64,000 nucleotides of DNA from Octopus sinensis. Its lineage: Eukaryota. Where the stretch lies: NCBI RefSeq assembly GCF_006345805.1, contig NC_043004.1, positions 47,120,001-47,184,000 of the forward strand. Reading direction: 5' to 3'. How positions within the stretch are numbered: position 1 is the stretch's first letter; every line of letters starts with the position of its first letter. Shown here one piece after another: positions 25,205-38,730 of this stretch. The position numbers and the translations under genes are program-made. The notes beneath the pieces were generated by a model. It was not told where the DNA came from, ran no database searches, and saw only the letters and a program-made list of their open reading frames with translations.

Positions 25205-25720
25205 CACAAGATATACCAACACGGGAACATGTATCATACATCAAAATGAAGCTGGCCCTCTGCGAATCACATCCCTTTTTCTCTACATAGTCACCGTTTC
25301 TCTCAATAGCAATGTTCTACCTTCGAACGAGAGCGTGTATCATCGCCCCGTAAAATTCTGTTGACTGTTCTCTGAGCCACTTCTTCACTACAATTTTCAC
25401 TTTCTTGTCACTGGAATAATGTTTACCTCTCAAACTCTCGTTCGTGGCGCCGAAGATATGATTGTCTGAAGGCGCTAAATCTGGTGAGTGTGGAAGTAGT
25501 AAACAAGTGACTCAAGGAACTTTCAACGGAATTTTACGGGGCAGGGATACATGCTCTCACTCGAAGTTGGAACATTGCTATTGAGAGAAACGGTGACTCT
25601 GTTGAGAAGGGATGTGATCCACAGAGGACCAGGTTCATTTTGGTGCATGATACGTGTTCCTGAGTTGGTAATTATACCTGTCCTAAACAAAATGGGTTTA
25701 CTTTTTGACTCATCCTCGTA
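25205..25720. mobile_element. Mariner-derived inverted duplication (two transposase 3' ends)
   Basis: Minus arm encodes PHSPDLAPSDNHIFGA...FYGAIHALVRR*NIAIERNGDYVEK; plus arm encodes STEFYGAGIHALTRSWNIAIERNGDSVEK and ends in a mariner-type TIR (...TTTTTGACTCATCCTCGTA). Confidence 0.85.
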
Positions 25721-26642
25721 CATTATGACGCTAATAGTTTTTATACCAGAAGTTTAGAATAATACTCTTTGTGCAAATAGCTGTTGTCTATAAGTAGGGA
25801 GGGTGTTAAGATTCATTCACAAGTAAAACAAAACTGATTGCCTCTTAGTTATTACCGTACTATTTGAAAAATCACATACTATTATGTACTCTTATCTGTC
25901 AGTGTAAATATACCAAATATAACTATGATTATTCTTTCGTTCCAATTAATTACAAAGCAGAAACTTTCATATGTTAATTTTAATATTGTACACTTCAACA
26001 TCACATTTTACGTGGAATATTTCTTATTTTCTAAATTTTCTTAACATAGTTTCTCCTATATGTCAATAACAAGGAAAGGGTAAGGCGCTTCAGTACTCCG
26101 AAAATCTCCCGCAATGTCACTTACATTTGAACTTTGGTTATTAAACTTTGATGCGTAATTATCAAGAAATAACACATTTTCGAAAACAATGTTTGTATTG
26201 AAATACAGTGACGTATTTGTCTCAAAATCTACATAACAAACCTACTAAATTCAATGTTTGTATCGCTTTCATATTTTATTGCAGTTTAAATTTTGATATA
26301 ATTACACATAAAAATTTTTCTTTTGATATTTAAAAACATAATTCCATCACATTTCGTTTATAAATTCTTTTATCTTTTATTATCAATAGTAAAAACTATT
26401 TGAGGACCGTAGAATTTACTACGTTTTAAACACAGTTGAGAATGTGTGTATTTCTGTGTGTGTGTGCGTGTCTCTGTGTGTGTGTATGTGTGTGCGTGTG
26501 TGTGCGTGCGTAGTGGGTGGATCTTAAACAGCTGAAGTACATTTTGAAATGGAGGAGGTAGAGAATTAGATTTGATATATGGACACGCTATTTTTTGACA
26601 TACACTCTGACCACCCTTAATTTTTGAATAATATTGGTTTCG

Positions 26643-26815
26643 TATTTTGGCACAAGGCCAGAAAATTTGAGCGAAGGGTTAGATGATTGCATCGGCCCCA
26701 GTGTTCAACAAACATTAATTTTTTCGACTCCAAAAGGATGAAATGTAAGGACGTGCGAAATGCTGCTTAGCCTTTTCTCCTACGCGGCAGACGATTTTGT
26801 TAGCTCACCACCTTA
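26643..26815 (-). mobile_element. Degenerate Nin-domain-like SINE (family 3)
   Basis: Reverse-complement similarity to 60911-61110 (CCCCAGTG, TCGAC.CC.AAAGGATGAAA, head remnant). Confidence 0.65.
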
Positions 26816-26847
26816 AACTTTCGGAAAATTTCAAGTAGATGATCAAG

Positions 26848-26960
26848 GTGCTTAGCTGCTGGAATCGTCAGCGCGGCGGATAAAATCATTAGCGTCATTT
26901 CGTCCGTCTTTCAGTTTTAAGTTCAAATTTTTCAAGGTCGTTTTTATATTTTAGGTTCTC
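26848..26960 (+). mobile_element. Degenerate SINE head (family 3)
   Basis: AAGGTG..TAGCTG..GGAATCGTCAGCGC...GAGTTCAAAT-like B box, then AAGGTCG. Confidence 0.6.
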
Positions 26961-28381
26961 GGAATTACACAGAATATAACTAATATCAGAAATAAAAAGG
27001 GCTGTATAAGAATTTTACGAATCCAACAGCTGTTTCTGGGGACGTTATGGTCGAAAATACTGATTGTAACTTGATTCCATAATCGGATACCACCAGCCTC
27101 CGCCTTCGTCATTTACATTTGAGGTGTTGAACAGAATGGAGCTTAAAGATGGGTAAATATATATACATATATATATTCAGATACTCATACTGCTTTTTGG
27201 TAAATGTGATGAATTTAGTTAGAAGATTTGTAAGCATGTAACTTCATAAATCTTCATTAAAACGATTTGTCCTATAACTATTGAATTGGGGAAGCCTATT
27301 CTGTTCAAACTGTAATTTCCTAGCTGCTGTTTTCTGAATGAGTTCACCTTTGCCACTTTGCAGTTGGCCTTCCTTTAATATCTATTGTTTCTATTGCTAT
27401 TCATTTATTTATTGGGCCCCCGATCGTGATACACGGATAATTTCAAATGACCAATTTATCGCAAAAATAATTGCAATCATCATAAGTTATAGCCTAGTGA
27501 AAATGCAGTGTCTTTATTGTATGTAACTAACACATTTACATCTATTATTTATAAGAAATGCCTGCCTTAAGATGCACACATGTTCTACAGTATGTTTAAG
27601 TTATATTCGTTATAATGCAATTTAGAATATTATATTTTTGACGGCTAACGGCTATCTTGTAAATGATTTTTAGATCGCACACTTGTAGAAAGATATCAAC
27701 AACAGAGTTTTGAATTAAATATATTGTTTAATATAATTTTTTTTTTCCTCATTGAATACGTTTCATAATTTTTTGTAAAACTCATAAATTGATGTTAATA
27801 CAAATGTGCGGTCGCATACATGCATGCAAGCATAAACAGACACACACATGCTCATATACACATATGTCTGAAAGAAAGATAGAAAGGAAGAAAGAAGAAA
27901 GAAAGGGGAAAAGAAGGAATGAAAAAGGTGAAAAAGAAAAAAGGTAAGAAGGAAATTACAAAAAATATTATTTGCTTTGCTTAAGAAGCGTTTTCTGTTT
28001 CAAGCATCAGAAGTTTAAACTCAATTACCTCCTGAATGTTAACGATAATTTTGCATATTATATGAATATACGAACTGTGCATAAAAAATATATATAATGT
28101 ACGTACTACCCTCGAAATAGCTGTAATACAATTCTTCCTTTGAAACCATGCATAGCATATTCAAATATTCAGACATGGTTTGTGCATATTATATTGAGGA
28201 ATGAAATAAAAATACAAACGTTTCCAAATCCAGTTACATACAAGAATATAATAACACCCTCTGACTGAACACCAGCCCCTCCCCCCCCCCATAAAGGTAG
28301 AAAGAAAAATATTGAGATTGATATGTAAAAGAACAAAATGTAGCATCTTTCAAAAATTCCCGTTACCTCCTCAAAGAAACT

Positions 28382-28562
28382 GCGAGGTGATACTGATACG
28401 TTCCTGGCCTTAAGGTTATCGCAAATGGCCTGCTTAGAGACCATTCTCGTTCTTTTCAGGGCTTAGAAAAACTGAAGGGCCGCTGTAATGTGAGGAGGAA
28501 ATGTGTTGAGTAAAATCATAATTAACTAAACTTCCTATATTTTCTTTTATCCAAAGCCTGGA
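28382..28562 (+). mobile_element. Short mariner-derived MITE-like relic
   Basis: Starts CGAGG..TACTGA..GTTCCTGGC.TT, encodes QGLEKLKGRC (mariner C-terminus), ends with a degenerate inverted AAAGCC.GGA. Confidence 0.55.
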
Positions 28563-29470
28563 TATGACTATTGGCAATTCATTTATTTCGGTAATGTTTC
28601 TACACTATGCTTATACTAGCGGAGTGTCAATGCTCTCTCTCACATATCTCTTCCTTATTGCTCCTCTTGCTCTCTCCCTCCCCTCTCCCTGTTTCTCTGT
28701 CAAACACACACTGTGTCATTCTTATGGCTTCGACCCTATCAGTTTGGGTTGCTTGTGTTTGTCTCTTTCGTCTTAGTTGTTTTCCGTTGTTCTATTTGCT
28801 ATGTGCAGCTAGCATTCGGTTCAAAAATTCAGAAACTTAGGGAACACTAACATTGCAACTATGTTTTACTACACTTTTTGTTTTGAAATCCGTGCAAATT
28901 TCACTTCACAATTCTTCGGTTTCAACACACAAACTATCCGTAATATATCAATAACACACGGCCAGATGAAATTTAATTGACTGGGATTTATGTATAGCCC
29001 GACATTTAATTCAACCAGTGAGAGGAAAGCTATGCTTTATGATTTTAAAGGAGAAATACTGACCTTCTATATAAAAGTAGTAGAGAAGTACAGTTGCAGC
29101 TAAAATTCAATTTAAAACGTTTTTTCATTGTTTCAGGAGAGGAAATCTGATGAGTAAAAAAGTTATTTGATGATTTAGAGTAAGTGAATTTAAAAAACGA
29201 AGTCACTAATCTCCAGTCACTGTTTTAATTATTTTTTAATTACTTTCAAATAATAACCTTAAATAAATCTTTACATTAAATCAAGGTATGTTTTTGTGTA
29301 TGTTTATTTTTTTAATTGATTGATTCGCAATTTCAGAGAAAGAAGCCTGATTAGCTGGTGATTTGTCGACACGTGTAATTGAGGGAATGTTTGTAACTGT
29401 TGTCTCTATTTCTTCAGGCACTTACTGAACTCTTCCTTTCTCTCTCTCCCTCTCTCTTTCTCTCTCTCTT

Positions 29471-29501
<31 letters not shown>

Positions 29502-30913
29502 TTCTCTTTCTGTTGTCTTTCTAGCTGCTAACGAAGCAATCTAGGTGTCTGTCTATCTGCCGATATAATTTATTAATTTTAATTCTTTTCTTTCTCTTCT
29601 TCCACACACAAAAGATATCTGAGTAGAAAAAAATGTCTTTTAAATAGAAAACGACCCAGAAAGTATAGCATTAAACTTGTTTTACGAGGTGCATTCCAGA
29701 AGGTTTGAGATAGTTTAAGAGGAGGCAGTTAGATCTGTCCTAGATTATTTTAATCTTAGTATACACTTACGATATATCTACTAAGCTGATTTGCTAGATG
29801 TCTTATTCCAGAATGGATGAGACATATGTTAAAGTACTTTGGACACATTCGACTAAACACAATTATTATAGGTGACTAATTTGCTGAATGCAGTCGGGAC
29901 GTGAAGACAATTAGTAAGTTCGTTACGCAATTAATTAAACTGGGCGTAAACGCTGCTGAAAGGTAGAAATGGGTTAACTTTAACGCTCATGGCTTAACTC
30001 CACAATGCTCAAAGATTAGCAAGCATCTATTTACTCTTGCACAAGATTTTCAAGGGCGGTAGAGAGGAAATGAGAGTGGATCAGATGTGCAAGAGCAAAT
30101 GGGGCCTGAGAATATCAGAGCTCATTGAGAAGTTTTCACAATTTTCAGAAGAAAAACCATCGTCTGTCTATAAATTTTGGCTTTCATATTCATTCAAATT
30201 TAATTTTCCCATTTGACATAAACTCGATCCACAAACGGATGTGTTTCTGTGTTATCTCTTTGTGGATGTCTGCGTGTCTTAATACATAGATATATATGTG
30301 TATATATGCATATGCATATAAATACATGCAATCGAACATACATACATACATGTGTGTATGTATATGTATATGTGTGTATGTATGTGTGTAGAGAGATAGA
30401 TAGATAGTCACAGATAAAATTACTATTCAAATCGAACTAAAAGTAGGTAAAATGTAGTTTATAAGGGGTTGCTAGAGAAAATGCATATTGTAATATCCGT
30501 TTCTAAACAACTTGTCTGGTAAACAAGTAAAACTTAATAGTTTATGCATAACTAAACAAGGCGAACACTTTAATCAGTACAGTGCGTACTTTATTCCTCT
30601 ACAAGCGATAAAATTTATTCAGAAAATGCTTCAAGAAAAATATGCGCATATGCGCATGAAATATCGATGCATGGTAAATAATTTGAAGAATCTGCTGGGT
30701 AGAAGTTTCCTATTTTCCTGGTGTGTAGATCTACTTTTTATTTATTTTCATATGTTTGAGAGACAGTGTTATGTACTATTATAACTATTTACCAAGTTAT
30801 TCTGACATTAAGGACAATCTGTTGATTTGTAGGCAGTATTTAGTCCATTATATCCACCGAAGTACTTGAATGAGGAGATATAAAGTTTCCATAGGCAAAC
30901 GGCAATACTGTAT

Positions 30914-31075
30914 AAGGCGCGAGCTGCCAAAATTGTTAGCACGTGGAGCAGAATATTTAGCAGTACTTCAAGTTCAACTTCCGTCAAGGTCGACTTTATT
31001 CTTAATTCGTTCATGGTCAATAAACTAAGAAATAGTTGGAGTAGAGCTAATCGACTTACCCCCTCACCCTAAAAC
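30914..31075 (+). mobile_element. Degenerate Nin-domain-like SINE (family 3)
   Basis: AAGGCG.GAGCTG...GTTAGCAC, AAGTTCAACTTCCGTCAAGGTCGACTTT, CTAATCGACTTACCCC; collinear with 60911-61080. Confidence 0.65.
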
Positions 31076-33934
31076 TGTTGCATGAGATGAAGGTATTTCT
31101 AGTTGAAGATCTACTATGCTAGAATGGTGAGGGAAGCCATGCTGTGAATCATTAAATCGTGTTGATCTAAAGTTTAAAAGTGAGATTAATTCTATAACTA
31201 GCTGAACTAAAACTGTCAGAAAAATTTGCATGTTTACTATTATGTTACTTATAGCAATAAACTAGGAAATTAATTGTAGCTTTTAACTCAACATAATGAA
31301 AGTGATCAGAAAAATTTCAGTTGAGATTTAATATATGTAAAATTCATAAGTCAGATAGAAATCAATATTATTTACTAATTCTGCATCCTGTTTCTAGTGT
31401 AAATATATACTTTAATTTTCAGCATTGTTTCCTTAAGAGCGAATTATATGAAGAAGAAAACACTTTAGAAAATAGAAAAAAATTAGTGATAGTTTACGAG
31501 TGTGGAGTATGTAATTACATGAAAATTAACATGCAGTTATTGAAAACATAATTTTTGTAATCTCAGAAACAATATATTTTTTTTTAATATTCTCGTCTTA
31601 ACACAGGATATGAACTGTGTTATAGAGGGTTATCGCTTTGTCCGGTGTCATTAGCGTAATTCATTGAAATGCTTTTGAGATCCTTTAAATACAAAAAAAG
31701 CCACTTTGATTGCAATATGTTGTTAACCTCTGCAAATTTTACGAACCATTTGTTAATTGAAATAACGATTCTGGATCAGAGAATCTCAAGAAAAATAAAG
31801 TGTTATATGGCCGTAAAAGAAATTTGGTTCTGAAAAGTGTTCACAATGTAAAACAAGATCGTTGTGATATTACTATCGCTTTTTTTAATGATGAATGTTT
31901 GTTGGGAAGAATCCGATCACTTGTTCCAATTCTGAGCAACATTTCATCGTATATGCATAATTTGAATGTAGACAAATAGCCCTTCTTAATTGATGAAGTT
32001 ACAATAAGGTATTTAATCAAAATGAAACAAGTATGTAACATTTCTCTTATGTCAATATTTGAACTACAAAATGATCTCAAAAGATTACACTACTGCAGCA
32101 TATTTTCAATATATTAATGTTATACAAGGTCAAATTCTCAAATGTATATTTACATATCTATAGTATTTTCTTAATGGTATTACCAAATGACTAGTTACGC
32201 TGGTCTTACAACTTCTTGTCTACACCATCTATTAATACATTTTTTCAAACAATCTAAACAGTGGTCGTTTACTATCCATCCCATTTTAATTTATCATTAT
32301 TTATATTTGGTCAGTTTCATATATATTTGAATAGTTAATCCACTTTACCATCCGTCTAAATATGAGAATCCATGGCATCCCAAAAATAGTCAATAATACG
32401 TCTGTTACAGAAAAGTCATCAATAGCTGCAAAATTTAAAGAAAGGGAGAAAAATAGAAAACACTTGGAACAGAATTTTTTTTCTATTGTCAAATCTTTAA
32501 ATTGAGAGATCTTATAGATCTTATAGAAACTACATAGCATCTCAAACGTTGATAGACTTAAATCTCCTCTCCCTAAGATTCGCAACTTTTGCATTCGAAC
32601 AGCAAATGCCATCTGTTTGCTGAATAGTCTTTACAAAATATAAAGAGAATTCTATATCGAGTATTTGAAATAGAGTACAATTTAAAAGAACATGAACTTC
32701 TTGTAGCCAACATAAACTTTGTTCACTTTGTTCGATATATAATACAATTTTTATGTTGAGAGATTTGATAGATATAATGGAGGATCAAGAAATGAAAGTA
32801 TATCTATACATTCTTCGCAATTTTTTCACAACCCTTGATTAATTAGGTTTTATTCATTGCTTTAACTTGCAATAAATCTGGAATATTCCCTATACCTTTT
32901 CATTTCATTTCATTTTTACACCATCTATTCAACTCCTAAGTATCCTATTCATTGCTGAATCCTTATTGTAGCCTGATAAGTAGTACCAATTTTAGATGAG
33001 TTATCTTAATTTATATACACCCGCCCCTTTGTTAAATCTTCCTTAAATATGAACATTTCCTTTTGTTTCATTGAATTGCGTAAAATGGAATATAAAGACG
33101 TTAACTTGTCCAAAACACAAACGTCCAATATTTGGATATTATGACATTCTGAACCTTTTATTTGTGTTATATTTTTAAACAAACAAGTACATGGTAACCG
33201 AACATCATTGTATGACTGGGGTCCATTTATATAACTAATGTAGTTGATTGGCCGTCACTTATTCTGACTCTTCCTTCGCTCCTTTTGTCTATGATCTTCT
33301 CAGTTTTGCTTTGAAACTGTATAATTTACTGGTGTTATATAACCAAACAACTCCTTAAACATGTATCTCGGCAATTCAAATTATCCACCTTGAAAAAACC
33401 TCTTTTTCAGAACAACTATCATCGCCGTGAATCTTTCAGAACTTCCCAGACTCTTTACACAATTCTAATTTATTTTCCTTCCACTCAACTGAAAAGAGGT
33501 ACATACGTTTTTGGTCCCCCACAAGGCTACAGATAGAACTTGCTTTCTATGTTATGTCCACGCACAAGTTTTTTTTAGCTCATTATACCTTTTATTTTTA
33601 TTTTATTTATATTCTTTATTATAGAGAATTTGGTTTATAGATATTTTTTTACACATGCGTACACATGTACGCCCGTACATGGGTGTACGGGCGCACATGT
33701 ATACGTATGAACAGGCGCGCTTACGCCTTACCTTAATTAGCGGTCATTCGAATAGCGCTTTTGTCTAAATAGCGTCAATAACACAGTAATTTCCCTTTGT
33801 ATAACGGTCTTTTCTCATAGCGTTTCTCCGATGGCCGGATAACTGAAGAGATGGTGGTGTTTATCTTGGCTACCGAATAATTGTCACATATTACATTCAC
33901 ACACACTCACACACACACACACACACACAGACAC

Positions 33935-34010
<76 letters not shown>

Positions 34011-34094
34011 CGTCTGTCTGGATGTTTTGCGTTCCTGCCCCATTTTGGGTATTCTTTTATATGTGTGTATGTATGTATAAAATAGTCATAAAAT

Positions 34095-34601
34095 AGTCTC
34101 TCAACAAAAAATATTCTTTAGCAGCACTTTAAAGTAACGATTGTTTTGTCAATCCGATGTGCCAATCCCATTTTGGGTCGAATGCTAATGTTGTGTAGCC
34201 TCAAGAGACATCGTCTCCAGCTGGCTATATGTCACACGATCTGTGTCTGTATATTTTCGAACAGGGGATGTTAGCCCCCCCACCCAGCACAAAGCAGTAT
34301 CAGTGTACCGTACGGTTTCGGGGTTATTTCACTTCATCGACACAGAATAACACTTTTGCTGAGATGGCGCTACTAAACACATGTTCGGGCACATATATAA
34401 TTTTCTAAGTGAGTCAGTCACGTATTTAATAAAATAGAAACATTGCTGTTCCTAAATCTCCCAACGAGAGATGTTCGGTAGAAACACTTTAAAGTAACGA
34501 TTATTGGCAACCTAATGTGGCAGTCCCATTTTGGGATGAATGTTACTGTTGTTTATCTCCAGAAGACATCGACTCTAGCCGCCTATACGACACATGATTC
34601 T
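34095..34601 (-). repeat. Partial tandem repeat with ~360-bp period containing a hammerhead-like motif
   Basis: 34095-34242 and 34455-34601 align (CACTTTAAAGTAACGATT exact, offset 360; CCCATTTTGGG; GACATCG). Motif at 34303-34343. Confidence 0.75.
34303..34343 (-). ncRNA. Degenerate minimal type I hammerhead-like motif with palindromic stem III
   Basis: Minus strand: GUG-UCGAUGA-AGUGAAAUAACCCC-GAA-ACCGUACGGU-A-CAC. Stem I 3 bp, GUA triplet, core CU inverted to UC. Confidence 0.55.
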
Positions 34602-37420
34602 ATTTAAAGAGAGACGTCTATTATGATATTTGTGTTTTTGTAAAGTGGAATTAGTATTATTACTCCAGTTGTATATGAGAAATCAAAGTAGATTCGTGCA
34701 ACGAAAATATGATGTTAAAATTCAATTCACCCCGAAACGTCTGACATGCATTGGTACAAACGGTTAAGAATTTCAATAGTTTTGTCTCCCTCACCTACTT
34801 TACCTCTTTCACATCTACTCAATACTACGCAGAAATGAAATGCACATATATGGACACGTATAGATGAAGACAGGTTCAGTATAAAGAATAGATACATATG
34901 GATATATTGGTGAGGGTAAATGAATGTTCATATCCGTTAAGGTGGACACACTCGAGTGTTATTGTCTATTTATACATGATAATCCCTATATGCGAGTGAA
35001 TTAAATGTATATGCAAATCAATGAATTCCTATCTGTGGTTTTGACTTCTTTCAGTGCGGCCGGATATGTCAGTTGCGTGAGTAGAAATAAATGATATGAA
35101 AGTATGTTCCTTTGTTTCTCTACTCAACAGATATGTGACGTCCTGTGTTCTTATACCGCCTTATAAATAATAAAATCATCTATAAATTACACGCCATTAA
35201 ATAATAATTTACAATATTCTGTTGTGAAATAAACATGCACTAATCGAAATTCCATCTCCTTGTAAAAACAAATGTGTCTAAACTGTCATCCATACACTCT
35301 TTTTATATAGTAGGATATTTTATTATCAAAATTAATGATACATTTAGCAAAATATATAGATATGTTCGTCAACATCTTCACACGTTTATTTTTCTGTTTA
35401 CATCTATATGCATCCTTTTCTTCTTAAAATTACACTTACAGTGCTACGCAAATACAGACACATATAACGTATGTATGCGTGTATCTTGTATGCATATCTT
35501 TATGTATATATGAATGAAAGTATATTCCTGCGAGTGCGTGATTGTATTTATATATATATATATGCATGTATGTATGTATTTATCTATACCTCTTACTCTC
35601 ACTCTGTGTATATATACGTGTGTGTGTGTGTGTGTGTGGTGTGTGTGTGTGTGTGTGTTTGTGCGTAAATACATACATATAGTCACTTGGACATAAATAT
35701 ACCATAACAAGAGCTATATGTTTTTCTAATGTAAAATCAAATGATACCGCCAATCTGACAAATGTATTTCGTATTATTTTCTATTATTATACTCTGACAC
35801 ATGTCTTTTGTTTGTGGTTTCTGTTACAATTTTCATTTTCACTTTAGATACTGTTTTGTTTCTTCAAGATGTCGTATGCTATAGAAATCTGCAATTCTCT
35901 CCATGATAAATGATCCTCTGATTAAGTATTCAGAATAGATATATTGTTGAATGCTTGCAAAATATTTTCCCTTCTCTTTCTTATGTTGCCCTTTTTACTT
36001 TATCATTTTGATTTTCACATTTAAGCTTAGTGACAAAAGAAAGAACACATAAACAGGAATCAGTAAATATAGGAAACATAGATATATAAGGAAATTATAT
36101 ATTTGGAGGTTATTTCTTAAATAATAATCCGGCCAACCCCATGAATTCACATTATGAAATAGTAATGGATCTTCCTAAAACTCCAAATACGGATACATGT
36201 GTTTATAGATAAAAAAAAAATTCTCAAGATTACTTATAAGTGCACTGTTCATCATGCTAACTTTTGTAGCATTTTCATTTCACTAAATATCCTTTGGTAA
36301 TGAATATCTTACTCTGGTGTATATTCCTTTCACTTTTTTACCGTTTATATTAATACCGAGTTAATTTTGCATCTTCGTATCAATATAATAAAATCAAACA
36401 ACCTCTATTACCAACATTAAACTTTCCTAGATTCTACCAATTTATATCCTCTATATAGCAAATATATTTCAAAAGTCTATTACAATGAAGTAAAAAAGCA
36501 CTTTTAAATTGTATATTTACATGAAGTGGTTACAAGAATTTGCTATCTTTTACAATATGATAGCAAAACACTACTAACAATGGCTACACATTGCATAGTG
36601 TATATAAAATAAGTAGACGCTAATCTATATAAGTATTTATAGATCCACCAACAGATAGAACAAATTGTTGGTAGTTAGGTGGTGCAGAATTCATAGCCTA
36701 TTTGTAATTATCATGCAAGTCTTCAGAAACACACATGCTGCTGGCATGTAGCTTATGTAGTAGGAGCAAACCTGTAGTAAAACTTCCCGTAATCAAACTG
36801 CAGATTATGCAAATTTCATATATGTTTGCGAAACGCCCTTTAAGATTCAAATGATGACTTCATGGTATGAAAATCTGCATTAGGAATAATTACTGAAGCC
36901 GATCTTCGTTCACCTTTTCAATTTCATCATCAAAATATATTTAATATGCAATATTAAACAATTCTCGTTAGTTTTATAACAACTCTTTTCTTTAAAACCC
37001 ATCTAACTTTAAAAGTAAGCTCAATCTATCATAATGCATAACTGGGGGAACTGATCTATTGATACTGAAACACTTTAGGGAAGTATGCAGCACTAAGCCG
37101 GAATTCGAAACCATCTGCAGCAAATATTTGTGCGATAAGAAACAGTGAAACAAAGTGGTGCCATGTTATTATATGCAAAGACAATGAATTGCCATACATT
37201 TTTGATATATCTCACTTATCATACCTTATCTCAAGTTCAACCCTGGATGAAATATTCAATAAGGAATAAACATTCCTAATAATATGCGTTATGAGTGCTG
37301 CTAATCCAGTAATTGAATACAATGCGTAACCGTTCTCAATAAAGTGTACTACTATAATATAATTTAGATGAATAGACATAATATATATATATATAATTTT
37401 AGATGAGGGGGCCTGGAGGA

Positions 37421-37453
<33 letters not shown>

Positions 37454-37476
37454 TTTAGATGAGGGGGCCCGGAGGA

Positions 37477-37523
<47 letters not shown>

Positions 37524-37524
37524 A

Positions 37525-37567
<43 letters not shown>

Positions 37568-37612
37568 ATAATATATATATATAATATATATATATATATA
37601 TAATATATATAT

Positions 37613-38405
37613 AACTTTATTGAATAAAAAATCTTGAAATATTAAAGGGAAGCATTTATTCAATAACATCACCATTGGCTTCAAGCACAATCTCCAAATG
37701 ACTTCAGAATCTCCTGCAATTCTTCTGGACGAACCCCTTGATTAAGTTGGGGAATGCTGCCATAATCCTTGGTTACAATAAATCCTTCGTGTTTTAAGGA
37801 GTGTTGTTGGTTTCTCGGTCAACTGCACCCAATAATAATCAAGGGACTTTCAGTCTGGGGAGTTAGGTGACCAGATATTATGGGTGATGTGGTCGTAGAA
37901 ATTGTTTGACAGCCATGATTGTGTATTCCTGCTTTTGTCGCATGGTGCAGAGTCATGTTGCCAAACACATGGTCTTCCAGTAGCCACCCTCTTGATCCAG
38001 TATTGTCATATCTCGCCCAGGTAATTGATATAGGCCTCCGTGTTGTGTCTGAGGCTATGTGGAAAGTTAAATGGAGGCATAACGTCGCCATCACTAGAGA
38101 TCACTCCAAACACCATGATGTTGACTGGTTGTTTGATTATTTATTACTTGCTGTACATGCTTTGAGGAAATGGCAAGTCAACGGTTGTTATGTGTTCACT
38201 ATCTGTTGGTATTAGTTCTTTCCGTGTGATTACCATGCATGACATCATGTCGTGTCCAAATTTCTGGCAGAGTGAATTGCGTCATGGAGATGTCTTTCTC
38301 ACTGATCATACTATACTGTGTAGTCGACAAAATACAGAAACAAAACGAGCGCATACGCGAAATTAAAACATAAAATGGCTACAATGTACACATCATACCT
38401 TGTAT
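37613..38405 (-). mobile_element. Tc1/mariner DD37D (maT-type) transposon relic
   Basis: VWQHDSAPC...WSPNSPD*KSLDYY has 37 residues between the 2nd and 3rd D; upstream PVNIMVFGVISSDGDVMPP. TIR-like TATACAAGG end near 38405. Confidence 0.9.
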
Positions 38406-38543
38406 AAATATAGACAAATATATATGCCTGTATGTGTGCGTGTGTGTAGATTAATGTGTTGATATACAAGCATACGCAAATGCCAATATATCTTAGAATG
38501 TAGGGTATATATATATATATACATATATATACGCATATCTAAT

Positions 38544-38730
38544 ATATAAATGGCAATTTCTCGCTGTGTCTGACTGTTACCATCTTAGTTCCTCAACCAG
38601 GGAACCAATATTCACGAATCGTTGCCTACATGTTACACTTATATCCAGGTCAATAATAGACAACTTGGATTTCAATAAAAATCTATAATGTTAACGCTAG
38701 GGACGCTGGGCGAATTATATGCAAAATGTA
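38544..38730 (+). mobile_element. Possible non-autonomous Helitron-like element
   Basis: Starts TCTAATATATAAATG...; GC-rich GCTAGGGACGCTGGGC near the end. Confidence 0.35.

Noticed and set aside
37395-37482. 32-bp GC-rich unit duplicated with (TA)n spacing
   Set aside because: Simple local duplication mediated by the flanking microsatellite; only two copies.
37480-37612. Phase-flipped (TA)n arrays with periodic TT/AA interruptions as a coded pattern or CRISPR-like array
   Set aside because: No unique spacers; consistent with slippage or read indel errors in homodinucleotide tracts.
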